A stretch of DNA of 57,529 bases, counting the filler, from Circinaria calcarea (lineage: Eukaryota), in NCBI GenBank assembly GCA_051942165.1. It is 6 parts of 6 records of this genome, joined end to end, with 100 filler letters (N's around TTAATTAATTAA, not from the genome) between each part and the next. Parts side by side here need not be neighbours in the genome. Positions count along the whole stretch, not along the records: positions 48,042 to 57,529 come from JAVECS010000926.1; 5 more parts are not named here. The stretch is one strand, 5' to 3'. Below the pieces are notes generated by a model that worked only from the letters and a program-made list of their open reading frames with translations, did no database searches and was not told the DNA's origin. Positions 50,467 through 57,529 of the stretch are shown here, one piece after another (position 1 is the first letter of the stretch; each line of letters opens with the position of its first letter). The translations under genes were made by a program, and so were the position numbers.

Positions 50467-51604
50467 ATGCCATCTGAATTTGCCGGTGCCCACTTCGATT
50501 TTGTTAGACAATCGTGGAAAGGTGGAAATATCGTTGAAAATGATGGTACCATCGATTTCCCTAGCAAGGACCTTATCGACCTTGCACCAGAAGGTCTTAG
50601 TCAGGACGAGGTAATTAGTGCCTCAACATCTCATATCACAAGCCGTTAACTTGAGCTGCAGGCCATCGACATGGCCACGAATTTAGGCCTCGCAAGTGGA
50701 CGACTCTGGATCCGAACTAGTGAAACATCATCCGAACTTGACTTTATACAGTCTGGGTTCTACCTGTCGGAACGCTTCTTTCTTAGCACCCTGCATTTCA
50801 TACCCGATGATAACCTCATTGATGCGTTGAAGCGACACGACTCGAAGCGAGCAGTTGTTACTTCAACAAGAGAAGCCGTGCACAGTACGCGAGGCATCCC
50901 TGATTGAGATCTACTAGTAAGCTTCTGACAAGTATTAGCATTCCAAAAAACGACAAGAGCAGTCCATCTTCTAGGTGTTGACAAGTATGCAGATATTACG
51001 CTCTGGGAACTCGACAATCACCTCGACCTTCCCCGATATAGTGTTTCTTGCGATAACTTGATGTCTTTCGATTTTGAAGGATCGACACCTAAACTTGCTG
51101 GTCACAAAATCTGGTCGGTTGGGTATCCCGGCGAGCTTGGCAATGGGGAAGAATTCAAGAAATATGTTGACGGATACTACAACCAGTTGGATATTCAGCA
51201 ACGTATAGCCATAGAAACCGCAAAGGTCCCAAACTTTCATGAGATCTTTCCTGCGAACCAGAGATCGCTCTTTCTAGGGAGATTCTCCAACAATCTCAGA
51301 GCTACTGATACCGGGGTCCTAGCGGTCGAGATCACCGCATGGCTTGGCCTTTCGGGTGCCATGGTTGGCATGTTCGTTGAAGACCCAGATGATTCATCCA
51401 AATGGGTTCCAAAGATAGTGGGAATGAGTGAGTATTACCCAGTAGCTTATTCCTGTTCTTTTTCTAACAACTGCCCTAGTCCAAGGGGGTGACCAGAATG
51501 ATTGGTGTAACCGTATCGTATCATTTACTCCTTTTATTAAGAGGATCATTACAGAATGGATTGCTACATCCGATCGAGCGCTACTTACGCGGACCTCCAG
51601 CTGA
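50467..51604 (+). CDS. Trypsin-like (PA clan) serine peptidase domain protein without a signal peptide
   Basis: Introns 50611-50661, 50885-50938 and 51428-51479; SGFYL..LSTLHF (His), ADITLWEL (Asp), SVGYPG, GLSGAMV (Ser), IVGMI. Confidence 0.6.
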
Positions 51605-53195
51605 TCAGCCGGCAGCACTTACAGCTCTGAGTTGGGTTCCGGGTGATTAGGTCTTGTAGGCACAGGACTCACAGGCGCTTATGTGTGCCTACTATGGGGA
51701 AATCAGACACCACCATTGCAAGGCCGCATGAGCAAAATCGGAATTTGTTTAGAAAGCATAGAGTGTCGTGTATGGCAACAATCTAATGCGGCCCTGTTCT
51801 CTCCGTGCCACCTTATATCACCCTATGCCGTAGCTCTTGATTGAGCAGGAAAACTGTTGTCTCAGAAATTCAGACTGCTCTGCTTCGCTGCCGCGTATTT
51901 TTCGGAATGTCTATATATAGTTAGTTGATGCTAAAAATAGCGTGCGCGCGAAAGCGTAGTCTGAGGATTTCATCCAGCATTTTTGGTGACGAGAGCGAAA
52001 TTGTAAGGGTCTCTACCAGAGAACCCCTACGAACCCTACGGGTGAACTATATACCGAGGTCACGAGATGTTGGCTTAGCGAGAAAGGTTTTCCTCGCGAA
52101 GCGTTACACCAGAATTCTTTAGCAATAATTCATACGCAAATGCGAACCAATTGAGCACATTACCACACAATTTACCGACCCTTATCGTAAGATCGTATTA
52201 CTATTCGTAAAGGATCCTTAGATTATTATACGTAATAATTATATAATTACAAAAATCACGTTTTGGCTGCTCGGGAAATTCGCGACACGTTATATATAAA
52301 TTTTTTAATAAAGTTCGCGATACCTCATACATTTTGTGGATAAAAGTTTCCGACTTCTTTTAAAGAAGGATTCTGTAATATCGGATCGGAGTAATTCTTC
52401 TGCGGAACTAAGATGAAAGAAGTCTGAAGCCTCCGGAGCTTGCGGAGGTGGCACTCAGGCAAGAAGACTGGAGAGAAAGGGCCTCCTTACGTCACCTCAG
52501 CGGTATCTTCTCCACTCCCTCGAACCTGTTTCCCTGAACTGGCTCCCGCACCTTTTTGCTTTGAATAACACCACTCATGTAACCTCTTGCTTGGTGCGGG
52601 GAAAGCGCTAAATAATCAGCATAATGACTTAAGCGAGGCTTTCCGTGTGATAAGAACGCTTCATTGGTTCTGATCGTGCATGTAGGATTAGAGTTCAGTC
52701 ACTAGTTCACGACATGGAAAATGAACCAATTCAAGGAAATGCCATTCCTCATGCGTGCCTATGCTTATGCTCATGGGCCTTTACTTGCCAATACGAAGGG
52801 CATACGTTCTGGATTTTACGACATCGGGCTTAAAAATATCGAGTGCCGGGGGGCTGCCGTCCATGAAAGACTTCCAACGAAAAAATTTACCATAGATCCC
52901 CCGATTGGGGGTTTTGCTGGGTAAGGAGTGAGACCAAGGATAATTGAAAACGCGTTAACATCTGATTCGCCGAGTGCGATAGGTAATTTCATAGGTGGCC
53001 TTTCTAAACGCCCTAGAGCAGGCTTAGCACAGCGTTATCACGACTAGCTTCGGGTTCTACCGCTGTTTAATATGAGCTAGCGCGATTTCAATTCTTGAGA
53101 TGTGATGATATCATTTACTATCTTCGTTATGAGTTACCAAAAGACAGATTGTGTTACCAAGAAATACTCCTCAGTTCGGTTACAGAAAATCAGCA

Positions 53196-54220
53196 ATGCC
53201 TTTCCAGTACAAACGGGTTTTAGTAATCGGTGCGACTTCAGGCATCGGTGAAGCCTTGGCTATCAGATTTGTCCAAGAAGGGTCCAGTGTAATCGTTGTC
53301 GGGAGGAGGAAAGATAAGTTGGAAGAAATCGTCCACAAACTTGGCAAAGATCAAGCAACTGCTGTCCCATTCGATATCACCGAGCTCGAGAAAATCCCCA
53401 ACTTCGTTACGAAGTAGGCTTGACTGCAAAGGAAGTCCATCGTAGAACAGAGCTGATCTAACCTTACCTTAGTATCACAAAAACGTACCCTGACCTTGAC
53501 TGCATCTTTATGAACTCCGGTATCCAGCGGGGCTTTGACTTCTCCAAACCTGACACCGTTGATCTTTCGTCGATTCAGGCGGAGTTCACCACCAACTATC
53601 TCAGCTACCTTGCTTTAACAAAGGCTTCCCTACCATTCTTGCAGAGCAAGGGAGACCGGTCTTCAATAATTTAGTCAGTCTACCGGACAATCGTCTTCTA
53701 GCTTGCGGGCCCTGACTGACACGTCTCCTTAAAGCACGACGTCTGGCTTGGCCCTGGTACCGCTGGTCCGATGCCCGAATTATTGCGCCAGTGAGAACTA
53801 TTGCATCCAGGTGGATCCGTATGGACTGCAACTCATAACATGATCTAGGCAAAGCCGCGCTCCATCACTTTATCCTGTGTCTCCGTGAGCAGCTCAAAGG
53901 ATCCAAGATCAAGATCATTGAACTTTTCCCTCCCGCCGTGCAAAGTAGGGCCTCTCCGATAATCTAGGACGGTATCGCGCTCCTTGCTGACCTGGTAAAA
54001 TCTAGCGGAGCTTCATGATGAAAAACATCAGCCCGATATTAAGAACGGCCGTCAGATTGGTATGCCGCTAAGACAGTTTACCGACGAGGCGTATGCCGGG
54101 CTAGCTGCGGGAGACGAGCAGGTGGCGATTAGGATGTCGAAGAAGGCATTCGACGAATTCGAGCTAAGCCGACAAAAGATCTTCCAGGGCATGATTAAGC
54201 AGATGGCTGGAGGTCAGTGA
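53196..54220 (+). CDS. Short-chain dehydrogenase/reductase (DltE-like)
   Basis: GATSGIG, NSGIQR, TTSGLA, catalytic YCASK, ELFPPAVQTELH; four introns. Confidence 0.9.
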
Positions 54221-54973
54221 GTAGTTGGGTGTGCCTGTAGTTGGAGATAAAATGTAGACTGTATGTACTCGACGGTTTTCTGGGCGCCGCCATTGGGTGC
54301 GCATAAAGTGTCAGACTTCCTTGATGCGGCCATGGCCTCTCTTTTCTTATCTCGTATTTCTCTAGAGCGAATCGATGATTTGAGTAGACTAGACGAATCG
54401 AGGATCCCTGTCCAATCGAAGTCATCGTCTAGCACTTTCGCCAAGCACTTACTACTCGGAATTAGATTTTTTGTAGAATCGCAATTCCTGTCGGGACCAT
54501 CTCTCTTTATCCTCTTGAATCCTCGAGAACCCGCTGCGCTTCACGACCGTCGAGGGCATGGCATAACCGGTCACCTGCGCGGATTTTGATTCGCTATCTA
54601 TCTATCCGTGTTTGGCTTTAATCACCTCTAGATCTTTGGGCCACCTTCGAAACGACGACCGCCAAAACGTGATCCTTACCCGGCGATAACGCGTAATTGT
54701 GATTTGCATCATTTCCATCATTCATCTATGTTATAAGCATCACGATATCTTAATCGGCGCCTTACTCGTTGTCAAGGGAAGTCGTTCTGATATACTTGAG
54801 CCCCAGACCGAGGAATTACTACTGCGCATTGCTTTCTCCTTCCTATTGTTCTTTTCGTTCGATCTACTGTGCGCGTTTTGTCGGAAAGAATCTAGATCCA
54901 AGATCAAAGAGGTCAGCAGCTCTGACGTGATCCACTTGCGACCCGGCGTATATTTACAGCTCTACAGGTCGTG

Positions 54974-56856
54974 ATGGACACCCCTCCCCGTGGAAGGGCG
55001 GGCATTCCAAGTACAATGCAAGCCCTAGAAGACTCTGTACCGTCGACTAATGGGGGGTCTCGACGTCAAGGAAACGTTTGGAGCCCCGAAGCCCGTTTGG
55101 ATATGTATAAGCGGAGGTTGGCCGGTGAGGAGTGGGAAACCATCTGCCCGGTGAATATCCCCGATGGTCCTTTCCCCTTGTTGTGCCTGTGAAGATTCCC
55201 AAGGGAATCATCTCACTTGCTTCACTTCTCTGTAGAGCACTCCAGATAGTACTACATACCAGCCAAGAGCTTCTATCTCGGCTTCTCGCGTAGAACTAAG
55301 CTGACATGAACAAAGGATTACCCAAACAGATCACGCCATGCAATGCAGCAGCAGTTCTCGGTAAGTCTCTTTGTCTGCTGGTCGATGCCATCACTCACTC
55401 AATTCATCTTAGATCATGAGGAAGCAGGAAGCAATGGTAGGAAGCTTCCATGATCATAATCTTTCTTATCATCTAACTTTCAAAAGGCCAACGGTACCTA
55501 TATTGCTACTACAAGAAGACGGCGGAAAAGGAAGCAATCGGCAGTGAAGGACGACTGGGCTGCTGTGAATAAGCAACAGCTTCACTCGGAAGAAGAGGCT
55601 GAAGAGGAACTGGACGATGAAGGACTAGACTTCGAATACGAGGAGCCTTATGTTGATGAGGCTGGAAACAACGAAGCCGACCAGGAAAGCATAATTAATG
55701 TGAGCAACCTCTACTCTAGCAACACATACATCAACAACCTGACCGAAACAAGGGTGATCGACCTTCAGTCCCAATTCGAAGCGTGACCGATCCAATATCA
55801 CGTCTCCGCCCTACCAAGATCGTCAAATTCCCCAATCTCCCAAGATCTACAAGCCTCAGACCACCGGCCATCATAGTCCCGTTGGACGCGGTAGAGGGGT
55901 CTAAGGCAAGTACGGACGCTGAACTGAGTGAACGTGATTCAGGTTCTGCTCTCAACCCTCACAAACGTCGCAAGGTCTCTCCGGACCATGTAAATGGAAA
56001 GACCGAAATGATGACGCCTGACTCACCCGGACCCTTTTTAAAGCTCCCCGGAGTTATGCTCGATGATGACAAAATTGCACAGATCCAGGAAATTCTTCAG
56101 CAAGGACAAGATAAAGCTCGTTATACATCCCAGAGGTATGAAGCAGAAAAAGCAGCGCAGCGCAGAACGTTCGAAGCAGCTATATCGCGAGCCAACCGAA
56201 GGGCCCACGATGCACAAGAAGGCCTTCGCCAGGCAAACTTCCAGAATGCCGATAACGTGAAGTTCAAAGAAGCTCAATTCAATGAGATCTTAAGGGCTCT
56301 GAAGCAAGACATAGAAAACGAACAACGACAACGGAAAAACAATGACGATGCTTACGCTAACCAAGTCACAATGCTACAAAACGAATTACAGGCATTGAAA
56401 TTACGAGAGAGCACTACCGGTGCCGCTGATGAACTTCGGAAGAGCTTGGTTGAGATGGAGGGACGAAATTTGCAACAGGCGGAGCAGCTCAAGCACTACG
56501 ACCAGCTCCGCAATGGGATTGGTAGAGAACTCCAGTTGATTCAGGAAAAGAATAACGTTGCTAGAGAAGACCTAGAGGCGGTCAAGGCCAGCCACGAAAA
56601 GTTGACTGGTCTAATCGGAACGCTCGACACGGATCTTGACGATGTGAGCTTAAAGACCATCAAGAAATACGTGCAGGGCATCCGGGAGGAGAACCGAGAT
56701 CTCATTGACCGACGTGAGAGAGCTCGACAGTCTGGGGAGCAGGCATGCATTGGGGTATCGGAATTTGCTGCTAGGTACCTCCACAGGGACGATGTCGCTC
56801 CAGCAAACGGGGTAAGCACCAATGGTGACTATAGGACAGAATTGGGCATGACTTAG
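54974..56856 (+). CDS. Myb/SANT-like N-terminal domain, acidic tract and long coiled coil
   Basis: Spliced WSPEARLDMYKRRLAGEEWETICPDYPNRSRHAMQQQF; NLS-like RRRRKRK; four introns join the 357-aa coiled-coil ORF. Confidence 0.6.
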
Positions 56857-57529
56857 GGCGATGCTGCTATGCTTTTACCTAGCTATCCACAATCTAGATA
56901 CCCTGTACATTTGCTAGATCCAGTTTCAAACAGTTGTAATGGTAAACATACTTGAATGGCAGGTTAGATGACCATAGCAGGTGTCCCGATACGCGTTGTG
57001 ATATGGATGCTTTATCGGATGTCCCGTACTCAGTTGATGCTGCGGAGGAGAGGTAATGGTAAACGGAATATGCTACTTTATTGATCCGTGGTAGAGGAGG
57101 CTTCGAGCTCTCGGGCAGTGGATGTTGTAGGAAGCTTCTCCATGCTATGCCATGATCGTAGTCAGAACCATGGCGTTGAGGCGAATACTTTCTGCTCCTC
57201 GAGGATCATGGGTATTAGAGGTCCTCTGGACAGGTAGATCCGTCCAAATGTGGGGCGATGATGTCGTTGGTAGGATTCACTTCGCCCAACTTCCATACAA
57301 CTCAAGGCTCCAGATTCTCAATGCTTCCCAGAACGTGATTCCATCACCCGTGTTGGCTCTTCTCACTCTCCTAGTCCAATCACGTAAACAGACATCCTCG
57401 AGGGTGAAAGGCACTAAGCCCTGTGAGTCCCGTGAGTCCCATAGGCTTTTCCTGCTAGGGTTCGCTTAACTCAAGAAGTACAAAAGCCCCATTTGTCCTC
57501 CCTTTCCCTCTCATCACCATCTTGTTCAC

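Noticed and set aside
52130..52400. AT-rich patch as a MITE
   Set aside because: No convincing terminal inverted repeats or TSD.
1..57529. rRNA, tRNA, CRISPR arrays or prokaryotic systems
   Set aside because: None recognised; the sequence is intron-containing fungal DNA.

Overview
Eukaryotic (filamentous ascomycete) DNA with short GT-AG introns and CTRAC/CTAAC branch sites. The window is not one locus. It is six contigs of non-increasing length (9522, 9517, 9503, 9503, 9496 and 9488 bp) joined by an artificial 100-bp linker (N44-TTAATTAATTAA-N44), so synteny across linkers means nothing. Contig 1: PCI-domain gene, flavin monooxygenase, two tandem BTB/POZ genes, 3' end of LCP5. Contig 2: a disguised pseudogene, an MDR/enoyl-reductase-like gene, an Atg22-like MFS transporter and a truncated hypothetical gene. 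Contig 3: a protein with a half Zn-cluster motif, an LTR-like element with an inverted half-copy rich in transition mutations, and a probable GPI-anchored adhesin-like protein. Contig 4: a truncated secreted prepropeptide, a run of decayed genes (P450, MAPEG, GMC oxidoreductase), DAD1 and the last exon of a Rho4-like GTPase. Contig 5: an accessory-looking island with solo LTRs, a frameshifted FHA-like kinase, a divergent hypothetical gene and an SRPK-like kinase. Contig 6: a hypothetical gene, a Pin3/Lsb1-like SH3 protein, a cytosolic trypsin-like protease, an SDR and a Myb-like/coiled-coil protein. All family calls come from motif recognition by eye; no database searches were run. I did not find a complete novel system that I can prove. 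The best leads are the decayed P450-MAPEG-GMC cluster, the LTR-flanked kinase island, the signal-less trypsin-like protease and the inverted, RIP-like-mutated LTR.
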